Below, in pieces: positions 53,430-64,000 of a stretch of 64,000 bases of DNA. Within the stretch, counting starts at the first letter, position 1. Every line of letters starts with the position of its first letter. The notes beneath the pieces are model-generated. The model was given only the letters and a program-made list of their open reading frames with translations. It was not told the origin of the DNA and ran no database searches. The position numbers were made by a program, and so were the translations under genes. This stretch comes from Mobula birostris (lineage: Eukaryota): positions 62,493,717-62,557,716 of the forward strand of contig NC_092380.1 in NCBI RefSeq assembly GCF_030028105.1, written 5' to 3'.

Positions 53430-53900
53430 CATTTAGGAAGGTAAATGGTATGTTGACTTCTATTTTGAAAGAGTTTGACTACGGAAGTAAGGAAGTCTAA
53501 TTATACATCTGTATAGCGCTTTGGTGGACTGTACTTTGAATGTTGTGCACAACTTGTTCTTGTTACTTATAAAATGAACTTATCATGGAAATAAATTCAG
53601 TGAAAGTTCCCAGGAATGGCTAATGTGCCATATACAGAGAGATTAAGTATACTGGGACTGCATTCTTTAGCCATTAGAAGAATAAGAGGAGATGAAATAG
53701 AAACTGACAATATTTTTAAAGTGCATAATAGATTAAACGCAGAGAGAAGAGTTCCCTTGGTTAAGGAGTTCAGAACAGAAGGTGCAGTTTGAGAATAATG
53801 GGTAGGTTACTTAGAAATGAAATCAGGAGAAATGTCTTCACTCAGAGGAAGGTGAACCTTTGGAATTTTCCATGCACTCTCAGTAGACAGAGACTAAGAT
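53430..53900 (+). mobile_element. Degraded CR1 3' fragment
   Basis: EIRRNVFTQRKVNLWN motif. Confidence 0.6.
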
Positions 53901-55340
53901 TTGACAACATGCTCAAAAGTTGCTTGAAATACAACATCCCTCCATTTCCTGGGACATTCTGGCCCATGACTGTCTAAGGTGGTGAAAGAGAACTGGGGAG
54001 GCTATTGAGAATCTCAGTACCATCCATTTAAAGCCTACAGAGGTCCCTGCATAAGCAGCTGGAGCTTATCATCTCCCCAAACTACCCACCTGCTTGCCCC
54101 ATATGGCACCTCATGACACATCTGCAGTTCTTTAGAGCCCGCAAAACTGACATGGAAGAAATTGCCATCAATCTCAAGCGCCTCCCCAAGAATGAGTTAA
54201 AGGGACAAGTTTTGAACAGTCTACAGAACATGTAAGAAAGACAATAATGAGATAACTAGAGAGTCAGTCCTGGGACAATGAGGAGATCCAAAGTAAATCC
54301 AAATTAGAAAGCACGCTGAATGAGAGTCAGAAGATAGGTAGGAAGAGGCAGTACAGCAGAACTTTACTCCAACAACTTAGCATGCACCCCAGCACTGTCA
54401 TTGTGTGGAAATAAGGTAGATGTCCTTTTTTTGTTAAGGATTATGTGCATGACAGGTACAGATAGGTGAGTTCAATAAACACTAGTGTTATGAACATGGG
54501 AAGAGTAGGTCAGTGGTGGAAGAGGTGTGAAGAGTACTAGTTTTGGTTGATCTTAATACGGGCAAAATATTAAAATCTGCTGGTCAAACCAAAAGGTATA
54601 AAACAGCAAAGGTTGAACATACATCATCTTCACTTCACAATACTTCTGTAGCAGCATGTGGCAAAGTCTTTGTTTCAAATTGGTGTTATGGAGTTTGCCA
54701 TCTCCCCCAGTTCCAGATTCAGCCTAGTGGATACCAAGGCTGTTTCAGTTGTTGTCCAGGATGAATGTTTGTTTGAAATGCCACTAGACTGAGGCATTAC
54801 TTGAATACTGCTGTGCTAGGCAGATACATGCAGGGCAAATGTGATCTAGCAGCATCACAGGCATATAGCTGTACACCAGGGTCAGGAGAATGAGGGTGGG
54901 GGCATGGGATGGGGAATTAATTTATATATTATTTCTAGAATAAAAGCAATAAAATAACTTTGAAAGCTGATTGCTGACATGTAGGCACATGTGGTGGACA
55001 TTTTCAACTTGCAAAGTTCAAAATGAAGAAAGTGAGTTGGAGTCTAAGTTAAAGTTAATCTATGCTCCTCAATGACGTTCAGTTAAGGAATGTGGGCCAA
55101 GACTTCGGAAGAACTTCATTTTCTGGGACTGTGTAACATGTATCCAACCAGAAAATGCTAATACAGAGCCAAACCATGACTCTTGAGCTTAGCAAGGCTA
55201 CATGGCAATGATTATATAAAGTGCACTTGGCTGTTGGTAAGTTAAGGATACAGAGTTTCCAGTCGCAGAGTGTATGCTTCCTGGAAACAGTGGAAGAAGA
55301 TGCAATTTCTTTAGTTATTTACATTTGTCCAAACAGCAGT

Positions 55341-55505
55341 TCAAATCTTTAGTTGCTGAAGAAAGTTTTGGAGGGTTGCTGCACTGTTCTGTAACTTCTC
55401 TTGATCTTCCTCCAATAGATTTGGTGCAGTTACATTGACCACTCCGGCCCTGGTTAGTGTACATGGCAGGCTGAGAAATACTTCCCCACTGATTCCATAC
55501 CAGCC
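55341..55505 (-). CDS. UEVLD: UEVLD last exon (GWYGISGEVFLSLPCTLTRAGVVNVTAPNLLEEDQEKLQNSAATLQNFLQQLKI*)
   Basis: 165 nt, cttcccacag| to TGA. Translated by hand; this frame is absent from the ORF track. Confidence 0.9.
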   Translation of the reverse strand, partial: GWYGISGEVFLSLPCTLTRAGVVNVTAPNLLEEDQEKLQNSAATLQNFLQQLKI

Positions 55506-55989
55506 CTGTGGGAAGAATGCATGTGGAGTTAATCGTCAAAGAGTGATGAAGAAAGCCAATTGCCAAAGTGGGCCAAACTAAGCACTAAGACCTTTCCTTT
55601 CTATCTACTCCTGCATGTACGAATATTATCAGAGGATTCCCAACCCGCTGAAAAATAGCTGAAAACTCTCTGGAAGAGTCACTTGGTTATGACAACTACA
55701 AACACATGTTATTTCTAATCCCACAAGACATGCTAGTTAATATTAATTATTCGAAACAGAAGAATTCAAAGGACATTCAGACAACAAACATATTGATTTT
55801 ATCTTCTTTCTACATTTTACTGCCCTTTTATATTTGTAATTCCACCACGCCATTGTAAGCAGTTATCATGGATTTTAAAAACGAATGTGAACCAAGGACC
55901 AAAGGCAGCGTCATTTGGAGCCCGTTCCATTGCTCCATTAGATCAACATGGGTCCCCTCACAGTCTGTACATATTGCTCCCAAATTTTT

Positions 55990-56550
55990 AAATTTTTCAT
56001 TCAATCAGAGTGAATCCCAAGGGTTTCTACAGGCATATTACGAGCAAAAGAGTAGCAAGTGACAAAATTAGTTCTCGTTGAAATCAGAATCGTCATCTAT
56101 TCAAGGAGCCGAATGAGATGGGGGAACTTATTTTATCATCTATATTTACCCAGGAGATGGAGGCAGAGTCTATACAAGTGTGGCAAACCAGCAGTGAGAT
56201 CATGGGCATATAAGGATTACAGAGGAAGAGATGCTTGTTGTCTTGAGGCAAATTAGGGTGGAAAAATCCCCAGGGCCTGACAAGGTCTTCCTTCGGACCT
56301 AGTGAGATTCCAGTGCAGAAATTGCAGGGCCCCTGGCAGAGGTATGTGTTTAAAATGTCCTTTGCCACAGGTGAGGCACTGAAGGATTAGAAGATAGCTA
56401 ATATTGTTCCATTGTTTAATTAAGGCCCTAAGAAGGAGTCGGGAAACTATAGGCCCTTGAGCCTGACATCAATACTGGGTAAATTATTGGAAGGTATTCT
56501 AAGGGGCCGGATATATAAGTACTGGGATAGACAGTGACTGATTAAGGATA
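55990..56550 (+). mobile_element. CR1 RT N-terminal fragment
   Basis: KSPGPD, ANIVPLF, GNYRPLSLTSILGKLLEGILR motifs. Confidence 0.75.
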
Positions 56551-57184
56551 GACAACAAGATATTTCAGATTTCTAATATCTTTGTGTGCAGGAGAGTTTC
56601 CTGATATTTTCATAAATAGCCAAGTTTAGGATAATGAGATAATGACCTCTCACCTCAGTGAAAATAGCCTCAATAATTCCCTTAATTATCTCAATAGATT
56701 ATATTTAATCCATTAAAATCATCAGAATATAATCCTATGAAATACTATACAGACTCATGCAGTATTCATAATTTTAAAACTCTGAGCACATTCTGACAAA
56801 TAGGTGTTGCATTCTGTTTGAAGCTTGAGAATTCTTCCTACTTGTGATGTCTATAATTAAACAATGTTCACTTTTCCCTAACTTTCATTGACATCTTATC
56901 TTAAAGTCTGACCTGCAAGCAACAATTCAAGGAGAAAAGACCAACTAGCAAAGGAACTACAAGAACCCCCTTGTCATTGCCAGGATTCAAAGGTCCTCAT
57001 ATTCAGAAACAGTTTAAAAATACTAAACATATTTAATTAAATTTCACTTCAAATACATATTTTTAAAAAACATGATCTACTTAAACAAATTCAAACAATT
57101 GAAGCAGTCTAAATTTCTTTGGACAACGGCAGCCATTCTCACAGCTGTTCTTATCCAAAGGTATGAGTACAAAAATTGCTACTG

Positions 57185-57305
57185 CATCTTCCCCTTTGCT
57201 TTTCAGCCCCGATGAAGGGTCTCGGCCCAAAGTGTCGACTGTTTATTCATTTCCATAGATGCTGTCTGACCTGCAGAGTTCCTCCCGCATTTTGTGTGCA
57301 TTGCT
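57185..57305 (+). mobile_element. Penelope-like terminal fragment with hammerhead-like motif
   Basis: CAGCC-CCGATGA-AGGGTCTCGGCCC-AAAG-TGTC-GACTG followed by GATGCTGTCTGACCTGCAGAGTTCCTCC. Confidence 0.65.
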
Positions 57306-58212
57306 GCCTGCATCATTTCCGAGCAACAGATTCTGAACCCTCAGTGATGGGGAACTGTCACGACTTCAGACTCCATGAGGCAAAGCCACGTTAGTCAAAG
57401 CCACCATGAATGCCTGCATTCAATCTGTGTCACCTCCAGACACATGGAAATGCTGAAGTATGACATTTAACTGTGGAAATACGAACATCTCACTGCAAGC
57501 TGCAAGTTTTCGTTCTGGTTAGCCTCATCCGTATTATCTAGCCGTTTACTCACCTTGGTGTAATCCTCCTTTCTCAAGGTCTTTCTAAACTACACAAACT
57601 TGCAAAGCTCTAATCACTCCTTACAGTTCACACTTTCTGCACTGGATCATCTGTGCTTCTCTAATCACTTTCCAATACATCCACCTTCTTCTACTTTTAC
57701 AACTGTTGTGGAAAAATTTGCTGACGATACTACACATAATCCAGCATAAACCATTGGTATATTCATAAGATCGGCACTATTCTCTTCATGATGAACCTTC
57801 ATATTTGTTTAACTCGAAGGCTCCCAACCTTTTTAATGCCATGGACCAATACCAGTAAGCAGGGGGTCTGTGCAACTCCTGATTGAATTAAATCACCACA
57901 TTTAGTCTGCTCAATGAAAACTGTGAACCATTGTTACCTGAGTATACCTTCAGCTGTCTAGACCTGTTTCCACATGTAATACTTTACATCTCCAAATGCT
58001 AGAAACAAAAATGGTTGGCGCTAATTATCCATTAAATGCTGCAGGAAACTGCAGATGGATGGTGGTTGAGGGAAAGATTGGGCTTTATTGCTACGCCATC
58101 TGAGGCCGAATCAGCAGTTTGTCAAGTGCTTAGAAGCGGTCACCTGGAATCCATAAATCAGCATGACCAGAGGTACTTTCAAGCTGAAGGGTGGGAAGGA
58201 CACCCAAAAATG

Positions 58213-61200
58213 CACTGAAGATGAACAGTCAGAGAGGTGAAGGTGTTCACTGAGGGTAAACAGTCAGAGGTGAAGGTGTTCACTGAGGGTGAACAGTCAG
58301 AGAAGTGAAGGTGTTCACTGAGGGTGAACACTCAGAGGTGAAGGTGTTCACTGAAGGACAACAGTCAGAGGTGAAGGTGTTCACTGAGGGAGAACAGTCA
58401 GAGAAGTGAAGGTGTTCACTGAGGGAGAACAGTCGGTAGTGAAAGCGTTCACTGAAGGTGAACAGTCAGAGAAGTGAAGGTGTTCACAGAGGGAGAACAG
58501 TTAGAGAAGTGAAGGTGTTCACCAAGGGAGAACAGTCAGAGGTGAAGGTGTTCACTGAGGGTCAACAGTCAGAGGTGAAGGTGTTCACTGAAGAACAACA
58601 GTCAGAGGTGAAGATGTTCACTGAGGGTGAACAGTCAGAGGTGAAGGTGTTCACTGAAGGTGAACAGAGAATTGAAGGTGTTCACTGAGGGTGAACAGTC
58701 GGAGGTGAAGGTGTTCACTGAGGGTGAACAGTCAGAGAAGTGAAGGTGTTCACTGAGGGAGAACAGTCGGAAGTGAAAGCGTTCACTGAAGGTGAACAGT
58801 CAGAGAAGTGAAGGTGTTCACAGAGGGAGAACAGTTAGAGAAGTGAAGGTGTTCACCAAGGGAGAACAGTCAGAGGTGAAGGTGTTCACTGAGGGTCAAC
58901 AGTCAGAGGTGAAGGTGTTCACTGAAGAACAACAGTCAGAGGTGAAGATATTCACTGAGGGTGAACAGTCAGAGGTGAAGGTGTTCACTGAAGGTGAACA
59001 GAGAATTGAAGGTGTTCACTGAGGGTGAACAGTCGGAGGTGAAGGTGTTCACTGAGGGTGAACAGTCAGAGGTGAAGGTGTTCACTGAAGGTGAACAGAG
59101 AAGTGAAGGTGTTCACTGAAGGTGAACAGTCAGATAAGTGAAGGTGTTCTCTGAGGGAGAACAGTCAGAGAAGTGAAGGTGTTCACTGAAGGTGAACAGA
59201 GAAGTGAAGGTGTTCACTGAGGGTGAACAGAGAAGTGAAGGTGTTCATTGAGGGAGAACAGTCAGAGAAGTGAAGGTGTTCACTGAGGGTAAACAGTCAG
59301 AGGTGAAGGTGTTCACTGAGGGTAAACAGTCAAAGGTGAAGGTGTTCACTGAAGGTGAACTGTCAGAGAAGTGAAGGTGTTCACTGAGGGTGAACAGTCA
59401 GAGAAGTGAAGGTGTTCATTTGAGGGAGAACAGTCAGAGAAGTGAAGGTGTTCACTACGGGAGAACAGTCAGAGAAGTGAAGGTGTTCACTGAGGGTGAA
59501 CAGTCAGAGAAGTGAAGGTGTTCACTGAAGGAGAACAGTCAGAGATGTGAAGGTGTTCACTGAAGGTGAACAGTCAGAGGTGAAGGAGTTCATTGAAGGT
59601 GAACAGTCAGAGAAGTGAAGGTGTTCACTGAAGGAGAACAGTCAGAGAAGTGAAGGTGTTCACTGAAGGTGAACAGAGAAGTGAAGGTGTTCACTGAAGG
59701 TGAACAAACAGAGAAGTGAAGGTGTTCACTGAGGGAGAACAGTCAGAGAAGTGAAGGTGTTCACTGAGGGAGAACAGTCAGAGAAGTGAAGGTGTTCACT
59801 GAGGGAGAACAGTCAGAGAAGTGAAGGTGTTCACTGAGGGAGAACTGTCAAAGAAGTGACGGTGTTCACTGAGGGAGAACAGTCAGAGAAGTGAAGGTGT
59901 TCACTGAGGGAGAACAGTCGGAGGTGAAAGCGTTCACTGAAGGTGAACAGAGAAGTGAAGGTGTTCACTGAGGGAGAACAGTCAGAGAAGTGAAGGTGTT
60001 CACTGAGGGAGAACAGTCAGAGAAGTGAAGGTGTTCATCGAGGGAGAACAGTCAGAGAAGTGAAGGTGTTCACTGAGGGTAAACAGTCAGAGGTGAAGGT
60101 GTTCACTGAGGGTAAACAGTCAGAGGTGAAGGTGTTCACTGAAGGTGAACTGTCAGAGAAGTGAAGGTGTTCACTGAGGGTGAACAGTCAGAGAAGTGAA
60201 GGTGTTCATTGAGGGAGAACAGTCAGAGAAGTGAAGGTGTTCACTACGGGAGAACAGTCAGAGAAGTGAAGGTGTTCACTGAGGGTGAACAGTCAGAGAA
60301 GTGAAGGTGTTCACTGAAGGAGAACAGTCAGAGATGTGAAGGTGTTCACTGAAGGTGAACAGTCAGAGGTGAAGGAGTTCATTGAAGGTGAACAGTCAGA
60401 GAAGTGAAGGTGTTCACTGAAGGAGAACAGTCAGAGAAGTGAAGGTGTTCACTGAAGGTGAACAGAGAAGTGAAGGTGTTCACTGAAGGTGAACAAACAG
60501 AGAAGTGAAGGTGTTCACTGAGGGAGAACAGTCAGAGAAGTGAAGGTGTTCACTGAGGGAGAACAGACAGAGAAGTGAAGGTGTTCACTGAGGGAGAACA
60601 GTCAGAGAAGTGAAGGTGTTCACTGAGGGAGAACTGTCAAAGAAGTGACGGTGTTCACTGAGGGAGAACAGTCAGAGAAGTGAAGGTGTTCACTGAGGGA
60701 GAACAGTCGGAGGTGAAAGCGTTCACTGAAGGTGAACAGAGAAGTGAAGGTGTTCACTGAGGGAGAACAGTCAGAGAAGTGAAGGTGTTCACTGAGGGAG
60801 AACAGTCAGAGAAGTGAAGGTGTTCACTGAGGGTGAACACTCAGAGGTGAAGGTGTTCACTGAAGGACAACAGTCAGAGGTGAAGGTGTTCACTGAGGGA
60901 GAACAGTCGGAGGTGAAAGCGTTCACTGAAGGTGAACAGTCAGAGAAGTGAAGGTGTTCACTGAGGGAGAACTGTCAGAGAACTGAGGTGTTCATTGAGG
61001 GAGAACAGTCAGAGAACTGAAGGTGTTCACTGAGGGAGAACAGTCAGAGAAGTGAAGGTGTTCACTGAGGGTGAACACTCAGAGGTGAAGGTGTTCACTG
61101 AAGGACAACAGTCAGAGGTGAAGGTGTTCACTGAGGGAGAACAGTCAGAGAAGTGAAGGTGTTCACTGAGGGAGAACAGTCGGAGGTGAAAGCGTTCACT

Positions 61201-61290
61201 GAAGGTGAACAGTCAGAGGTGAAGGTGTTCACTGAGGGAGAACTGTCAGAGAAGTGAAGGTGTTCACTGAGGGTGAACGGTCAGAGAAGT
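58213..61290. repeat. Minisatellite of about 90 units of 31/33/35 bp (GTGAAGGTGTTCACTGAGGGAGAACAGTCAGAGAA)
   Basis: Uninterrupted tandem array with higher-order duplications of period 334 bp and 789 bp. Confidence 0.97.
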
Positions 61291-61347
61291 GCTCTTCTAA
61301 TCACCATCACCGGAAGAAAAATTCATTATGGGGTTAACCCAACTCAC

Positions 61348-61471
61348 CTTCACCAGTGTGGAGATGGAATGTGAACGTCCCAGATTTCCCAAGATAGTCT
61401 CACTTAAATCAGCCACTGACAATCCAACAGACCAGGATCTGTTACTTTTATCTTTTAATCCTTTAAAAGCC
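61348..61471 (-). CDS. UEVLD: UEVLD penultimate exon ([41 protein letters not shown])
   Basis: 124 nt, attctag| ... AAG|gtgagt. Gapless paralog of LDHA exon 25295-25418. Confidence 0.92.
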
Positions 61472-61619
61472 CTAGAATACAAACAAAATATTCAAATCCA
61501 TCACTGAAATAAAACTGTTGACATGTTTTATACTGGGATGAGGGGATGGATTGCAAATGCTTTTCACACTGGACTGAAAGCTATTGGTGTTTTCAGATGG
61601 CCTGTGTGCGTGCTGTAAT

Positions 61620-62185
61620 TGTTATATGTACTGTGGAGAGCATTCTGACAGGTTGCATCACTGTCTGGTATGGGCTGGGGGGCTACTGCACAAGACTGAA
61701 GGAAGCCACAGAGGGTTGTAAATTTAGTCGGCTCCATCTTGGGTACTAGTCTACAAAGTACCCAGGACAACTTAAAGGAGTGGTGTCTTAGAAAGGCAGT
61801 GTCCATTATTAAGGACATCCAGCACCCAGGGAATGCCCTTTTCTCATTGTTACCATCAGGTAGGAGATACAGAAGCCTGAAAGCACACACTCAGCAACTC
61901 AGGAACAGTTTCTTCCCCTCTGCCATCCGATTCCTAAATGGACATTGAACCCGGGAACACTAACTCACTTTTTTAATGTATATTATTTCTGTTTTTTGCA
62001 TGATTTTTAATCTATTCAATATATGTATGTGTACTGTACTGTAATTGATTTACTTATTTATTATTATTGTTGTTTTATTTTTATGTATTTATTTTTTCTT
62101 CTTCTACATTATGTATTGCATTGAACTGCTGCTAAGTTAACAAATTTCACGCCACACGCCAGTGATAATAAAGCTGAGCCCGATC
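61620..62185 (+). mobile_element. Rex1-like LINE 3' end
   Basis: CTVESILTGCITVWYG; HPGNALFSLLPSGRRYRSLKAHTQQLRNSFFPSAIRFLN; AT-rich tail. Confidence 0.8.
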
Positions 62186-62576
62186 CTTGTGCAACATGAC
62201 TGATCTTCATCAACCTAATTTCTGAGTTTTGTCTAAACCTTTTTTGCACAAAGAGCTGAGGTTTTATTTCTTCCATTAGTTGTGGGAACATTAATTGAAC
62301 TTGCTTTCTGCGGAGAGAGGCAAGGGAAAATGTTACCAGGATTCTCACCCCCAATCACAACTTAAAATGCTGCAGGGTTTACGTACAGGCTTAGCTGTGA
62401 ATCCTCAAGTACAATTCCACAGTGAGTGACCACCTGGCCTGTGAAAATATTGACCTTTGAAGACACAGACAAGTACACTGCAGAAGAATGTCAGAGGATA
62501 CCAAAATATTTTGGTGTGATTGTCATAGTCATTATTGATCCTGGAGGAAATTGGTTTTCCTTACAGTTGCACCATA

Positions 62577-62702
62577 AATAATAAATAGTAATAGAAATAG
62601 TAATAGTAATACTACTGTTATTAAATAGTAATAGTCATGGAAATAATAACTAGTAATAGAATAGTAATAGCAAAATAGTAATAAATAGTTAAATAGTAAT
62701 AT
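62577..62702. repeat. AT-rich low-complexity (AATAGT)n-like repeat
   Basis: Degenerate AATAGTA units. Confidence 0.7.
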
Positions 62703-62906
62703 GTAAATTTTGAAATAAGTGCAGGACCAGCCTATTGGCTCAGGGTGTCTGACTCTCCAAGGGAGGAGTTGTAAAGTTTGATGGCCACAGGCAGGAATGA
62801 CTTCCTATGACGCTCTGTGCTATATCTCGGAGGAATGAGTCTCTGGCTGAATGTACTCCTGTGCCCCCCCAGATTGCTAGAATTAGCAACGAGCTGGGAT
62901 TCCTAC

Positions 62907-63000
62907 CTGTTTTCCAGCTGCTTGTATTTGTCATGGTCTGTAAGTACAGCTGGACTGATATGCTGCCCATCATCCCTTTCTGAGCCCTTCCACACCGACA
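62907..63000 (-). CDS. UEVLD: UEVLD exon (SVWKGSERDDGQHISPAVLTDHDKYKQLEN)
   Basis: 94 nt, aattttcag| ... AG|gtagga. Phases 1/2 fit both neighbours. V-x-V-W-x-G start matches LDHA VPVWSG. Confidence 0.82.
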
Positions 63001-63919
63001 CTGAAAATTAAAGGAAAAATCAGACATTTCCAAGAATGATTGAATTCAAATATTTTATTACTCTCCATGTCAAATCAAATATCTCAAAGAGTAATAAATA
63101 GTTTATCTTTGAAATGAGTATGCCACACTCCCAAGCAAGCAGAAGAATCCAGAAGAATTCCTAACTCTTTAAATTCCTCAGATAGATGGTCTTCAGTCAA
63201 CGTCTGAAACAAAGCTCTAATAGGGACCTTTGGATGAGTTTATCAGGATAATCTGTATGGCAAGTCCCTAATTTTTCTAAACTGACGTTGGCCTCTTTTG
63301 TTACATGTCCAACTGGGGAAGCAGATCTCATTCCTTCAGTCAGAATTAATATGAATCCAAATTTCAATTGCAAATAAATCCTAAATCAATGTAACAGTCC
63401 TATGGTTCACAGCAATCCCATTACAGAATCCAAAATGTAATCAAAAATGTAATCAACCCCATTGATTGAAGTCCAGACCATATTAGCCATGAGCTTGACT
63501 GTTGCATTTTACCATTATTAAAGACTACACTAATTCTTAGACATATGGGCAAGGTAATTAGCAGAGCTTCGTCCTGATATCCATTTCACACCAGTTCAAC
63601 ATTACACACTATCGGACATTACATTTGCCTGCATTATTCAATCCATCGATCCTACAACAAATGAAACAGCCTGTCATTTTCATCAAGTCTGGGTCAGACA
63701 TAACCACTATTTTGTTGTACACAAGGGAAGGCAACTCATGGGCCAATGAGGGAGAAAGGATAGGGCAAAACAGCCTCCAGGATTGTGTTCTGTGACACCA
63801 GAACAAGAACAGACAAAGTGACAACAATGACAGAGACATAAGGAACAAAGTATCATTTTACTCCAACTACTTATCATCAACCAGTATGACAACCACACTG
63901 CGACACACTGAACAGGTAC

Positions 63920-64000
63920 CTTCATTGTCGCCGTGCTCTCCGATAATCCAGGCCTCCATTCCAGCTGGTGGCATTTTCAAAGATTTACCCAGGATGAACT
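63920..64000 (-). CDS. UEVLD: UEVLD exon, truncated by the window edge (FILGKSLKMPPAGMEAWIIGEHGDNE)
   Basis: Open frame ending in G|gtacct. WIIGEHGD matches the LDH active-site motif. Confidence 0.85.

Larger units (their letters stand above)
55341..64000 (-). other. UEVLD: UEVLD (UEV and lactate/malate dehydrogenase domains), 3' part; 5' exons lie outside the window
   Basis: Four in-frame GT-AG exons encode a diverged LDH C-terminal domain with the UEVLD-type [11 protein letters not shown] motif. Located upstream of TSG101 on the same strand, as in other vertebrates. Confidence 0.88.

Noticed and set aside
58458-59022. Two 76-aa repetitive ORFs (EVKVFTEGEQS)n
   Set aside because: By-product of 33-bp units. 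The frame is broken by 31/35-bp units, and the ORFs are antisense within an intron.
58213-61290. CRISPR-like array (palindromic ~35-bp repeats)
   Set aside because: Units are directly adjacent with no unique spacers, there are no cas genes, and the context is a vertebrate intron.
61297-61482. Second LDH gene (LDHB/LDHC) or LDH pseudogene
   Set aside because: The [11 protein letters not shown] motif, strong divergence, intact splice sites and position upstream of TSG101 fit UEVLD.

Overview
Vertebrate genomic DNA, most likely from a cartilaginous fish (the LDH-A closely resembles dogfish M4 LDH as I recall it, and the repeats look shark/ray-like). The window holds the LDHA-TSG101-UEVLD block. 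LDHA (+) is complete: a probable non-coding exon 1 near 11.45 kb with an HRE-rich promoter, then 7 coding exons at 17072-25787 (333 aa). TSG101 (-) is complete and convergent: 10 exons at 50021-26554 (394 aa). UEVLD (-) contributes its last four LDH-domain exons (64000-55341) and runs off the right edge. A CpG-rich promoter-like patch at about 7.4 kb, with candidate minus-strand exons, suggests an unidentified gene running off the left edge. Introns and spacers are filled with decayed CR1, Rex1/Babar-like, L1, Penelope-like, SINE and Tc1/pogo elements. Most notable observations: (1) this UEVLD keeps the LDH catalytic His motif GEHGD; (2) its exons match LDHA in size and phase; (3) Penelope termini carry minimal hammerhead-ribozyme motifs, including a near-perfect hairpin with ~139-bp arms in LDHA intron 6; (4) a 3.1-kb minisatellite with higher-order structure in the last UEVLD intron reads as about 90 3'-splice-site-like units. 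No prokaryotic-type system or CRISPR array is present. All coordinates were read by eye and repeat boundaries are approximate.
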